A stretch of DNA of 62,092 nt, filler included, from Sphacelaria rigidula (GCA_964200075.2; 10 parts of 10 records of this genome joined end to end with filler, not necessarily neighbours in it); one strand, 5' to 3'; counted from the first letter of the whole stretch, positions 13,330-25,469 are shown. Notes: generated by a model from the letters alone, not told the origin. Numbers and translations: made by a program.

Positions 13330-13940
13330 TCAACATCATACCACTTTTCGAACATTCTGCCATGTTTCTCACCAATGTTCACATTCTGTGTCTGATCCTA
13401 GTTTCCCAAATCGTTTCCCATTACCCAATTCTTCACACCGCGCCATAGGCCTTCTCTACGTCTAAAACGAAACAATACGTTGTTAGCCCCGCGTCTTTCC
13501 AACCTTAAACAATCTGATCTACTGCGTGCGCATGGTCTACGCAGCTACGGTTTGATCTAAGCCCAGCTTGCCCTTCACTGGCCTTTCCTTCCCTCTCTGG
13601 CGTTCCTCCCATTCTATCGTTCAGAATCTTATAGAACATTTCGCCCATGGTGCAAAAAGCGGTATCCTGCTCAACTTCCCTGGATCAGCCTTGTCTCCTT
13701 TCTCGGATAAGTTCGCTACTATCCCTTCTCTTCACCTCTTGGGTGTGCACTCGTTTTCGCTGATCCGACCATTCAACATAATCATTATGGTTATCATTCC
13801 CTTTCCCCGGTACTTCATAAACTCCTACCGCCTTCCTATCATGGAGTATAGCTACACACTTCTTAACTTGTGAACTCTCGCTGCAATTCTTTCACACGTC
13901 GGACAACTCAACTCACCCTAGCTCGAGGAAGCTCATTTTC
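13330..13940 (-). pseudogene. Decayed non-LTR (LINE) reverse transcriptase fragment
   Basis: Minus-strand translation across stops and frameshifts: VKKCVAILHDRKAVG...*REGIVANLSEKGDKADPG...KILNDRM...SEGQAGLRSNRSCVDH...TYCFVLDVEKAYGAV*RIG*W. These match LINE RT domains 0-3 (KKGD..DP.NYR, Q.GFR..RS..DH, LD..KAYD). Confidence 0.85.
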
Positions 13941-13949
13941 ATATAACTT

Positions 13950-14585
13950 AGCGCTGAGCTATACGGTATATGTCAGTGATACCTTTACTCACTGGCTGAG
14001 TTGTACGGTATAGTTCAGCGATGACTATTCCCACTGCTGAGTTCTACGGTATAGCTCAGCGGTACCTTTTCCCACTGGCTGAGTTATACCGGATGTCTCA
14101 GCAGTGCCTATTCCACTGTCTGAGCTGTACGGGACAGCTCAGTGGTGCCTGTTTCCACTGGCTGAGCTGCACGGGATAGCTCAGTGGTGCCTGTTTCCAC
14201 TGGTCAAGCTCCACGGGATAGCTCAGTGGTGCCTGTTTCCACTGGCTGAGTTGTAAGGTATAGCTCAGTGGTAGCTATTTTTCTGAGTTGCACCGTACAA
14301 CTCAGCGGTACCATTTTTCACTTGCTGACTTTTACAGCACACCTCAGCGGCACCTTTTCTACGTTGGCTGAGTTGTGCAGCATACCTCAGTGGCACCGAT
14401 TTCCACGGGGTTGATCTATACGGTATATCTCAGCGGTACCATTTTCCACTGGCTGAGTTATACGGTATAACTCAGCGGTATCTTTTCCCGCTGGCTGATT
14501 TGCACGGCAGAACTCTTTGGTATACTTTCCCACCGGCCGAGTCATACGGTATAACTCAGCGGTATATGTTGCCACTTGGGTTAAT
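13950..14585. repeat. Tandem array of about 15 x 42-bp units, each with an internal hairpin
   Basis: Unit approximately CCACTGGCTGAGTTATACGGTATAGCTCAGCGGTACCTTTTC. CTGAG recurs at about 13954, 13996, 14037, 14079, 14120, 14162... GCTGAG...CTCAGC is self-complementary. Confidence 0.9.
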
Positions 14586-14928
14586 TCAAAGACGAACGTG
14601 CACCGCTTGCGTATCTTGCTTGATTGTACTGTTATGTTGTTGTGAGATTTATCATCTCGACCATTTGCTGGTATCATTCGGGTTGAGATACTCTTTGGGT
14701 TAGTGAAGCGTTCCGTCGTCAACCGCACAAAACATATCTTCACAACTACACCTCGCTAAATTCAGTTCCGATAGCACCTCAAGCAAGAATGATGGTCACA
14801 CCAGTGCGTACAACAACCCCTGATCGGGACAGCCCAGCAGTGCCGATCCCGGCTGATATGACTGCCACGCTGACATCGAGAGGAGGGAATGCCGATACCG
14901 ACTATTTACATTGCGAGACGTACAGTTC

Positions 14929-15348
14929 ACAGCGGATTCTCAAAAATGGGGTTGGACAAATAAATAATATTCGAGTCAAAAGCAGTGCTTTTCCTGAACT
15001 TAAATCATGACAAATGACTGTCATATGGACGACCTCACCCCTCCCGACCCCCCTAGTACTATTTCTGGGGATCACTAGGCTTCCGTTCCCCCAAAGGATA
15101 TGTGCGAAAGCACATTGTTGCCTCGATTCCGGGGTGAAAAAAGTGACGCATTTTGGCCCAACAATCGTGCGTTTGCACATACCCTCCGGGGGAACGGAAG
15201 GTGAGAAACCCCCCGAAATATTTCAGGGGGGTCGGGAAGGATAACTTCACCCACATGAAAGTCATTTGTCATGACTTGAAGTTAGGGAAAGCACTGCTTT
15301 CGAGTTGAACCTCATTTTTTATTTAACCCCATTTTGAGAATCAGCTGT
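14929..15348. mobile_element. Foldback MITE, possibly piggyBac-like
   Basis: Long imperfect TIRs ACAGCGGATTCTCAAAAATGGGGTT...AAAGCAGTGCTTTTCCTGAACTT / ...AACCCCATTTTGAGAATCAGCTGT, flanked by TTCA/TTAG. Related ends at 43545-43597 (followed by TTAA) and 61881-61930. Confidence 0.75.
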
Positions 15349-15519
15349 TAGTATGTAGACAGTATGAGAGAAAGTGAGGTGATAAGGGGTGTAGAAGACT
15401 GACGGCTATTATCAGCGACAAAATCAGCAACATCAAACCACTTGCGAATGCTGACTTCCAATCATAGCCCAGACCTTCAGTGTTGTCCCTGAAGAAACGG
15501 ACAGATTGGGCAGCCATGA

Positions 15520-15720
15520 TCGATTGATTGATTAATTGTCGCACTTTAACTGACCCCCCAGGGGTCCAGCCGTGGTCTAATGATAGACGTACCCAAGAAA
15601 AACGAAACTGAAACATGCTCTAAGAAAAAGAGGGAACAGGAAAAAACAGGAACAGAAAAAAAGAAGAGAGGTCGAACAGAACGACATAGCAGACTAAGTC
15701 GTGATAAAAAAAGTAATAAA
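15520..15720 (-). mobile_element. Retroposon 3' end with a (CAAT)n tail; other copies at about 3075-3290, 4210-4260, 37720-37760, 38760-38825, 56880-56960, 58045-58085
   Basis: Shared GACCACGGCTGGACCCC..GGGTCAG(T/C)TAAAGTGCGACAAT(CAAT)n motif in both orientations, with variable 5' extent. Confidence 0.7.
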
Positions 15721-16046
15721 GAGCCATGTAGGAAGTATTATACTGCACGGTCGACACCGACATGAATTCATGGCGCCCGTTCCAATGTCCCAGCGCAAAA
15801 CTGATGAGGTCCACGCCATGATGCGGCAGTGGCCCATTACACGCACGTCTGCGACAGCACGCTTGCAACTGACTACACGGACCCACAAGAAGTCTTAGAG
15901 TTACGTGTATGCTGACGCGCCGAATGAGCATGATGCACAACGAGTGTCACTATCAGACGAGTTTTACGCTGACCTAACTCTCAGACTATTCTCAGACTAG
16001 TGAAAAAAGGCGCTACCCCACACACAACACACACACATGAGTACGC

Positions 16047-16106
<60 letters not shown>

Positions 16107-16289
16107 CCCTCCCGCATGACTGCCGCGAGGCAGTCTAGCCGAGCCTCCGATTAATCGGCACGCGAACCTGCTTGCGGGGTGACCTTGGGTCAGGTTTCCC
16201 CCTTCCTTCGAGGAAAAAAAAACATAGAACTAGTGGAAAGGGGTGGTTGATAATGATATTATTCGTGAGGGTGCTTCCTCATATTCCAC

Positions 16290-17900
16290 TCCACTGCATC
16301 ACGGACGACGCCATATATATGGTGCAGCGCTGGTAATCCGATGCTACGTTACAAGCCGTCGCATGGGCTGTGTATCAGAACTTAGCATTCAGCGGAGACA
16401 TAGCTTGCTAAAAGGAAAGACTCGGACGACGGGGGTAACAGGCGTGTACCCGAGGCATGTCCTCAGCATCGAGTCGTTGGAATGATTGAACATGGTTTTC
16501 AACGGCGTGCACAGTGATCGGGTTGGTTCGTAGTAGGCCAGAGCATGAAGAACTTCCAGTTTATCCTGTTGGGGATAATTCTTCAGTAATCGCGTGGATT
16601 AGTCGATGGAGTGGTGCTAGAGACCAACAAGCGGCAGCACAAGTGGAGGTTTTGAGTGCACTCGGACTGGCAGGTGGATGATGTCACCGGCTTTTGCATA
16701 CATCGGGGTGGATACGAAATTCGTGCGTAATCTAATTATGTAGACGGTTATGGGTGGCAGGATCCCACCCAAATTGCGTGCGATGTTCCTGTCTGTTACT
16801 GAAGGAGGCAAGTTCGGAACAGACGTGTGTGACAACTTGTCCGGCAATCTTGCTGATATTTTGTCACGCGACGGACCTGCACCATCGTCACCGGTCACTC
16901 ATCAAGGGGTTTCAAACGGTCGAGGCAATACCGAGCAGCAATCTTGGGGGAATTCGCGTAGACCCGGCGAATGGCCTCATTCAAAACGCATTCAGTCCAG
17001 GGAGATTTATAGCATTCTCTCTCTTCCGCGTGGAAATAAAATATCGACATTTTGTGGTAGATTATCGACTGTCAGGTTCTTTTATTGCCGTGTCAGGATT
17101 GACCCGACTTTGTGTCATCACCTGCTAAATGAAGGCAGTGAAGGCGATCATAGGACGAAGGGTGAACAAGAAGAGGGAAGGACTCGAACTAGGTAACCTT
17201 CGACATGGAATGCTGAGAAAAAAACGCGAATTAGCGAATGCACGCGGGTATCGAGGGCTATGAGTTGTGGTTTATGAGTTTCTTCCTACGCCGAGCATTC
17301 GAGTGGTTTACCTGTTATTTTATAGTGACAAAAAAGCTACTATTTTAGGATTTCAGCATAAAAATCGGAGGATACCAAACATTCAAGCTCCGGGGGTTCA
17401 GTTAGGGTGTCAGAAATCCAACAGTAGTGACAAGCTGCCGGAATGGTCGTATCAAGATTCCGAGCTCACACGGGCACCAACAACGGCTGGGAGCGGAGAT
17501 GCTCCGGGGGGAGGGTACCTCGGAACTCTGACACGGCAAACTCCAAAATGGATTGGCGGGTTGTGAGGTATTCGGGGGCGGTGGGTTGGAAGTGATGGTG
17601 GAGCCGATGGCATGACACCCAGAACTGGATATGCAGGCACTCCTGGTCATTTATACACTAGAGGCTACGTGAAAGCTTTGGGCATGTAATCAAAGGGCAG
17701 TTGCATTAAGGGAACCAGTTCAAAACAAGGGTTGGGCCCGCGCGAATAAACGCTTCACTCAGGTTACATCGACGGCGCGACGAGATTGGCAGCGGCGGGT
17801 ACGATTACACCGGACGTCAGTCGAAGCGAGGGCCGATGTCAAGGCGGGGAATTCACGGAATACGTATGGGAAAACTATGGATATCCTGGGGTCTCGCAAG
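16290..17900 (+). mobile_element. Decayed DIRS/Ngaro-type tyrosine-recombinase retrotransposon (RNase H + YR relics)
   Basis: LSIESLE*LNMVF (about 16460) and GDNSSVIAWISRWSGARD (16571) are DIRS-type RNase H motifs. RGNKISTFCGRLSTVRFFY (about 17030), SFFLRRAFEW (about 17280) and TLHSGYIDGATRLAAAG...EGRCQGGEFTEYVWEN (17750-17878) match the YR R...HSxRxGGAT...GRW...Y pattern. Many stops. Confidence 0.75.
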
Positions 17901-18712
17901 ATCCATCTATCGGCGTACGTTTCGGAGAGTTCAAGCGCGAGAAGTGACCTAATGGGGCTGTGGGAGCGATTACGTAATGATGTGCATGGTGCGCTGATGT
18001 GTGGTATTGATTCGAATAATAGCGAAGGTAAGATGACAAACAGTGTGGAAAGTGGAGAAGGAAAACTACAGATCGGAACACAAGGCACGTACGTTCAGGT
18101 CAGGTGCTGTACACCTGGGTCTGTCGTTTGCCCTTCTCATGTATACATTTGAGGCCTCAGAGGTCAGCGTCGTGACCTGAGGGGTTTAGTCAGTCCAAAA
18201 CCCACTTCTTATCGCCCGCTGCGGATACATACCATGCTGGAACCAGGTGGTAGTCATGAGGAGACGGAGCCCCCCCCCCCCCCTCCTAGCCTGGTCGGGC
18301 GAGAACCTGGCGTGCTCCGTCCCGGCTTTATAGGGGCGGGCCCCCGATGGGGTTGGCGTCGGTGGGCGATGATGCTATAAAACAGGCCACTCACTACAGA
18401 AGCTAGGCATCCAGGTTACCGTTTTTTTATTTGTGCGCTTGCGTTTATTTTGCGGTAACCATGATGGTAGTCGAGCAAGATCATGTTGTGCAGCGTGGGA
18501 GAACCTCAACTCCGCACAATGGGGATGATTGTACCACGTAGTGTTTACATGGTGAGGCACNNNNNNNNNNNNNNNNNNNNNNNNNNNNNNNNNNNNNNNN
18601 NNNNTTAATTAATTAANNNNNNNNNNNNNNNNNNNNNNNNNNNNNNNNNNNNNNNNNNNNATCCTCAATCAAAAGCACCATCCTCAACATAGATGATTGG
18701 CTGTTTAGAGTA

Positions 18713-18782
18713 CAAGGTCTTGCATTTCCCGTAGAATACAAGGTCTTGCATTTCCCGTAGAATACTAGGTCTTGCATTTCCA
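18713..18782. repeat. Short tandem repeat, about 3 x 26 bp
   Basis: AAGGTCTTGCATTTCCCGTAGAATAC repeated head to tail. Confidence 0.85.
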
Positions 18783-21266
18783 ATTCAGTGTTGCACCACA
18801 TTTACACAGACATTTGTTGTCGATACGTAACGAATCAAAGAATCCGGTCCCGACGAGGGTACATTACGCCAAGCGTTGCACCGTCGCTGGTGACGTTGCC
18901 AAGAACGAAAAAAAAAAACAGAATAAACCCTATAATATCTATCGGCGAGCTATTCGCCGCACGTAGGGAAGTACCTGCCGGTGAGGCGGGTGACAAGAAA
19001 TTATATCCTAGTGCTATAAACTGGATCGGCTCGTACAGTCGGTCAAACCGGAACTGGCGACGGCGACAAGGGCGCCAGCTGTCCAGTTCATCTACAGTTT
19101 GCCAGTACTGACAATCGTTTCACCGGTTTTAGTATAGTAAGTTTATAACTGATGGTTACTACTTGTAATAATGCAGAGCGCTTGCTTTCATACCAGGGAA
19201 GAAGATGACGAAGACTCGCGTCTCGCCGAGCACCGAGTACGTTTAACTTAACTGTTGATTTTCTTGCGTAGCATGTGGCGAGTTGCGTCGTAACATAGGG
19301 TATCAATTGAGACGGAGGCAGGCGCTTCGAACGCGTCGAGATAAATTATTTGCCACGATCATGCGCGAAGCAGCGGTGCACAGCTTCATGCTCCGTCTTC
19401 CGCAGAGCTGTGGCGTTCTGTGGTGTTACATTGGCACATGAAGAACGGGGATACCCTGGGCCAGTTTCTCGCTGACTACTTCAGGTGTTTCTTGTTTTTG
19501 TTGCGCCGTCTACTTCGTTGGTACCTTGTGGTTCTTCTGCAGTTTCCCGCCGTTCGACCATATCGTGTAGGTCGACGGCTGGTCAGTCGAACGAGAAAAA
19601 TGAAGAAAAGGGAAAAAACAAGAGGCTTGAATGACATTGAAATCCCGTTCGAAACGATGAGCGATTCGATAATAATCCACCTGTAGCATGCAGCAGCAGA
19701 GACTTTCCAGAAGGGCGGGGGATGGGAACGAGGAAGTCAAGGCTGGTTGGTAGTAAGAGGGGATGAGAGCGCAAAATTCTCCACATCCGGACCGACAAAC
19801 ACACATGCAGTTGGACGGCAAGTCAGGGTGTGTTTTGTATTTTGTGGTCGCGGGTTACTGAGCGTTTTCGGATGTCGTGCGATGAAACGACAAACCTTGG
19901 CATATATCCGCTGTACCCCTCCGAGGTGTGGTGAGCACGTGCTGCATCATGTGTAGAGCGCTCTTCATCATGCATTTGGCAGTTGGCAATTCGAGTTTGG
20001 CATTCGGCAGTTCTGCATCAAACGCCCCGCCGTATAGAATTCATGGTTAATGTGAGCGATCACTTTTTACAACTGTCCACAAGCTTTCAAGGTTCGAGGG
20101 AAGAAACGTCAAATACCAGGGGTCTGTCGAGAGAAGATATTCGGACAAGTAGGCCCCCCCACCCCCGGAATCTTTCGAAAATGGTCATTATTATATTTAT
20201 TTATCTCATCAAATATTGTTGGAGAAATTGATCAAGAACACTGACAAAAACCGTCAAGTCTGGTAGGCTCTGCGAGGTTTGCATATTTGCTTCTGCTCCT
20301 TGCCTGCTTTGTACGATGGCCTCGGATGCCGGCAACGCTCGCACACATGAATGCACACGAGCCCACGCTAGCGACAGCCTGTAGCCAAGGTAGCAGCATC
20401 ATCTCACGCCTCGCCAAACCTGCCCGTACTGCTGATATGTACTCGAGGTACACGACACGGAACATGATCCCATAAATGTAATCATAGTAAGTGATGAGCG
20501 TAGGGGGAGCGGCGTGGCCGCCATCTCAGCGGTCTCCATGCCAAGGATCTCTGTACACCGCAGCTGATCGCATCCGACAACGTCTCGACTATAAACTAGG
20601 AAGCAGCAGGCTGGGTGTCTCTCCCCTCCTCGAAAACTCAGATTTTCAATCTTGGGGCATACGTGCCCCGATTTTTTTTTCAATAGATCCCTTGCAAATA
20701 CCTCATTTTTTTTTGCTTCCGGCGGTGCTCCCGCGGGGCGGCGCTGGTTTTATTTTCCAGTCGAATTCAATCGGCGAAGCCGATTAAAGGGAAAGACATC
20801 ACGCCTTAAACAATACAATTGTAGTGAATAAAATATCAGCCGCCCAACATGTCCTCGGTCGCGTGTTCAGTACATGTTGGCCGAGCAATATGATGGCACG
20901 AGAGACAGGTCAAAATATATTGTGCCATCAATATATCAAGGCTCACGACATGCAAAATGTGTCGACCGAACAATATGTCACGACACGCACCATCCTAGTA
21001 TATTTTGGCCAATTAATATGCTGTTGCGGTGAGGCTGCCACACGAGCTCAATATATGTTGACGATTCAGTGTTCTCAACACCCGAGCGACAATATATATA
21101 TTGCCGCCCCAATATATCATGCGTCCATGGGTCCGACACATATCAGGCGAATAAAACACGAGGGAATCGACTGTGTGTGTTGTGTGACCGGTTCAAATCG
21201 AATGTTGGAAAGTGGGTGTGAAGTATCATGGGCACTTTCGTGTTTGCGAACGCCATTGGAAGGTTC

Positions 21267-22196
21267 CACACCCTGGACAAAACAATATGTAGCCCGCATA
21301 ATCTGTCGACGCGTCGGGTGATCAAAATATATTGGGCGAGCAATATCATGGCACGAGAGAGGGTCAATATATATTTTGCCATCAATATATATATCAAGGC
21401 CCGCGACATGCAATATATATCGACCGAACAGTATATCACGACACGTACCACCTCAATATATATTGGCCGAGTAATATGTTGGTGCGAGAAAGCACCAATG
21501 TATATTTATTTGTCGAGTAATATATTGGCTGCCACACGAGCTCAATATATATTGATGATTCAATATACTCAACACCCGAGGCGTCAATATATATTGACGC
21601 CCCAATATGTCGTGCGTCAATGCGTTCAATATATATTGGGCGGACGATACACGAGGGAACCGACGGTCACAATACATATTGGTGTAGCAATATATTTTGA
21701 TTTTCAACATGTAGATTGGAAGTGTATTGGAATTAATATGGTGGGCAACTCTATGTTCTTGGGCTCCATTGAAAGATGTGTCACCACGTGCCGAAAACGC
21801 TCAATATGTTCCTCCGCAAGCATGTTCAATATATATTGGCTGCACGATAGCTATGCGATGAGCATGCGCAATATGTATTTGAGAAACAAAACTTTTGCAT
21901 GGTTTACGTTCAATATATATATGTTATTATGATTTCTGTATGACCCGACCCACTTACTAATAACCCTGGGCTAGTCAACCCGGACCGTCTTCCCGGGTCG
22001 GTCACCCCGGGACTGTCATCATCCAATCCCCAGTCTGGGAGTGTCATTCTCCCGTGTCAGCATGTTCCCTCGTGGGTGCATCCCTCTCCGTCAGTTGTGT
22101 ACCTCAACCCAAACCGGCTTGCAAAGTCCGTCCTGTTCAAGTCCACGTCACGGCTCCGCACACTCTGTACCCTCTCACCGAGTGAGAAGCTACAAC

Positions 22197-22255
<59 letters not shown>

Positions 22256-23494
22256 GTCCGAGTAGGATAAGTCACACTCACTGTCCGGCTATGTCTTATA
22301 TTGGCGTCGACGGCAGGACACGAACCTGCGCGTGAAATCACAATGGGTTTCCAATCCATCGTTGTCTTTGTTTTTTTTGTTGGTGGATCCCGAATTTTGG
22401 TTCCCTGGATTTCAAGGCCAGTCCGCCTCGCCACTATGTTGGTGGGTTCAGTGAATTCAATAAATGTTCGTCGTTATCGGGCTCTTCCACGACTAGAAAT
22501 GTTGTGAAACAACCACCAACCTCGCACCACTCATGGATGAGGACCCCAGTCGGTTGCAATGTTGCGTGCGCGTCAACCCATCTCCACTTCATACTCACAC
22601 TTACCTCCATGAAACGACAAGTTGAACTCTGATCCCTCGATCTTGGACCCTCGAATAATCGAAATGGTGGGTATTTTCATGCCTGCTGGATTAGGATCCC
22701 AGGTGGTTGTTCCAGAAAACATCGCATTTTTCTCGATATTCATCGTCGTACGTTCCACTGATGCATTGATCACTGGGCAAACAAGATGAACGCTGATGGA
22801 TTAGGACCCCAGAAAACATCATGTTTTGACCGCATCATTCATCTATCGTCTTGTACACGTCGCACGTTCTACTGATGAATTGATCACTGGGCAAACAAGA
22901 TGAACGGGTCGCCTCGTCTGTCAGAGGGCGTATATACCGGGTCGCCTCGTCTGTCACCATACTTTCTGACCAGTATATATTTGTATATATATACCAGCGC
23001 ATTCAACAACCCTCCGTAGAAATGCACGCGGTCTTCTGCGGCTCCCTTTAAAGCTTTTCCCAATCTGGACGAGCTCCGGTATCCATCGCGTCTGGACCTT
23101 TCTTAAAGCGTACACCACAATTATAATATCCAATATCTATTGACCGGCCAATACATTAGCACCCACGCAAACCCAATATATATTGACCGGTCAATATGTT
23201 TTCATCAATGCGACCCTAATATATATTGGTCGTCCAATATCCTGTCGCCCACGCTGCCCCAATATATATTGATGAGACAACATGTGTTCGACCCCACAGT
23301 AACAATATATATTGGGCGGGCATAATGTATGCAGTCCCACGACATCAATATATATTGGGCGCGCAACACGTTTGCAGTCCAAGGGTACCGATATATATTA
23401 CGCCGGCAATATATCGCAAAATTCCAATATGATCGACTTATATATATATATATATATACATATATTGGAAACACAATGTATTGCCCAGGGTGTG
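21267..23494. mobile_element. Non-autonomous DNA transposon with 8-bp TSD (hAT/P-like) and CAATATATATTG subterminal arrays
   Basis: TIRs CACACCCTGGACAA (21267-21280) and TTGCCCAGGGTGTG (23481-23494). Perfect TSD GAAGGTTC at 21259-21266 and 23495-23502. Many palindromic CAATATATATTG motifs at 21280-21930 and 23120-23480. Confidence 0.85.
22199..22254 (+). repeat. (CA)n microsatellite
   Basis: About 27 AC units. Confidence 0.95.
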
Positions 23495-25029
23495 GAAGGT
23501 TCATCAACAGATGCCGAAAACGCTCAATATATCCCTTCGCGAGCGTGTCAAATGTATGTCGAAAAATAAAACCTTTTGCACGGTTTGTGTTCAATATATA
23601 TTGTCGCAATATTATGTTGTGCATCGCTTCGGCCCAGTATATATTGGTATATCAATACACATATACGGCCGACATGAATAATGTATATTGAAGATCACGG
23701 ACGTCTCGAGGAAGGGAAGGGATCGAAAGTGCGACAGAAAAAGTACTTGCTTCATGATCGTGACACGGAAAATATGTGTCGTTACTTCAATGTCAAACAA
23801 AAAACAGTACATAATATTGTGAGGACAATACTTGCCCCGTTTCCAATACGAAATATATGTGTCGTGTTGGAACATGTTGTATTGTTGTCCAGGGTATAAG
23901 CAACGCAGCACCGGTGACCAGGTGGGTACACATGTGACCATTTTGTTCTCGCCGCAGGGTACACAAAGGCGACACACCGTAGCGGGTGTGTAGAGGGTCG
24001 CCACGGGGAGTTTTTTACCTTGTCGAGGGTCGCCAGGGGGTCCTAAGAGGGTTCTATCCCCTTGTAGAGGGTCTCCACAGGATATTTACCTTGAGAAAGT
24101 ATTCCCAAGGTGTAGCAAAGTGTCCACCTGTACCAAAAGTGAAAAACGACCCGCGCTTGCTGCAGACGTAAGTTTGGTCATTATATATATATACACACAC
24201 ACATATATATCACATACTATGAAGGGGATGAGCGGCACCGTACCAGTGGCCAGACAGGTATCAATTGCATATGTACTGGGTCGTCTCTTCTGGCACCATG
24301 TTTCCCGGCCAATATTTATTTCAAGCTCCCGACGCGTTGAGGTGTTGTACAGAAATATTCATCACATATTTTCCAGTGAACGTTCAGGAGCTTGTTGGAG
24401 TTATCAGGATGTCAACAAGATATACATATATGATGCATTAGACAATAGGGAGAAAACGATGCTTAAACTAGGAGATAGATGGTGACCACAGACGGCGAAA
24501 CAGGACGGGAATAGGATATGTGAAAGGTTTTTGTGTAATGTATGGAAGAAACGTAGTGAGCACCGGAATGTAGGAGGCTCTATCAGGAGTAGGAACATTG
24601 CTCCGTCTGGAAAGGGATGCGTGGTCAATGGTCGAACGACTAAGGCAAGCAACAAATGAGTACGCCCCCCCTCCCCCTCATGAACGGACCCCCGATGGGG
24701 TTGGCGTCGGTTGGCGATGGCGCTATAAAACACGCAACTCACTACGTGAGCTAGGCAACCAGGTTACCGCTTTTTTTTGCNNNNNNNNNNNNNNNNNNNN
24801 NNNNNNNNNNNNNNNNNNNNNNNNTTAATTAATTAANNNNNNNNNNNNNNNNNNNNNNNNNNNNNNNNNNNNNNNNNNNNATCTAGCCCCTCCTTAGACC
24901 GGGCTTGTCAACCCTCGCAGCCCTTGTTTTTTCAACAATCTCCAACCCCCCCGGCCCCCCCCCCCTACAACTTTCACCCCCCCTCTTTGGGTGGGACACC
25001 TGAACCTGCCAGAAAAAAGAAAAAGGTCC

Positions 25030-25446
25030 GAGTAGTCGAGCGGAGGAGGAAGTAGATGCACAAGTGCCCCTTTGGCAAGCAAACTCATATAGTGTCAGGA
25101 TATGAACTAAACAAGGAAAAACAGGACGCGTTAGAAGGGGAAATGTGGGAAGTAAACGAAGATGGCATGGAATCGTTTGATACACTAGATCATTAGGCAG
25201 TCGCGAGAGAACAATCGCTGTAGTGTCAACAGGAGATAGATGGTGGCCACAGACGGCAAAGCAGGAAGGGGACAGATATATACAAGATTTTTTGTGTAAT
25301 GTGTGGAAGAAACGGAATGGGCGCCCAAATGATGGAGGTGTCTCTATTAGGAGTAGGGACGGTGCTCCGTCTCGCAAGGAACACGTGGTCAATGGTCAAA
25401 CGACTAAGGCAAGCAACAAATGACTACGCCCCCCTACCCCCCCCTT
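25030..25446 (+). mobile_element. LINE ORF2 C-terminus/3' end with poly(C) tail (family B); shorter copies at 12441-12520, 24420-24678, 26738-26815, 27025-27110(-), 37152-37218, 37319-37352, 48607-48811
   Basis: Encodes ...TIAVVSTGDRWWPQTAKQEGDRYIQDFLCNVWKKRNGRPNDGGVSIRSRDGAPSRKEHVVNGQTTKASNK*. The stop is followed directly by (G/C)TACG-CCCCC. Copies share the 3' end and are variably 5'-truncated. Confidence 0.75.
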
Positions 25447-25469
25447 CTTATTTTGACATATGCATGATC

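Larger units (their letters stand above)
20800..23897. mobile_element. Older copy of the same family, interrupted by the 21267-23494 insertion
   Basis: Decayed left TIR CACGCCTTAAACAATACAA (about 20800) and right TIR TTGTTGTCCAGGGTATA (about 23882-23898). 20820-21266 parallels 21290-21770, and 23495-23640 parallels 21770-21930. Confidence 0.65.

Noticed and set aside
13950..14585. CRISPR array
   Set aside because: The units are contiguous degenerate tandem repeats without unique spacers, the context is eukaryotic, and there are no cas genes. The same applies to 31190-31400 and the 41-bp arrays.
15800..15845. Hammerhead ribozyme core (CTGATGA), also at 22871 and 47514
   Set aside because: No matching GAAA/stem architecture around the motif.
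21228..21932. 234-aa ORF as a gene
   Set aside because: It is a translation of CAATATATATTG subterminal repeats of a transposon (repetitive QYIL/IYW motifs).
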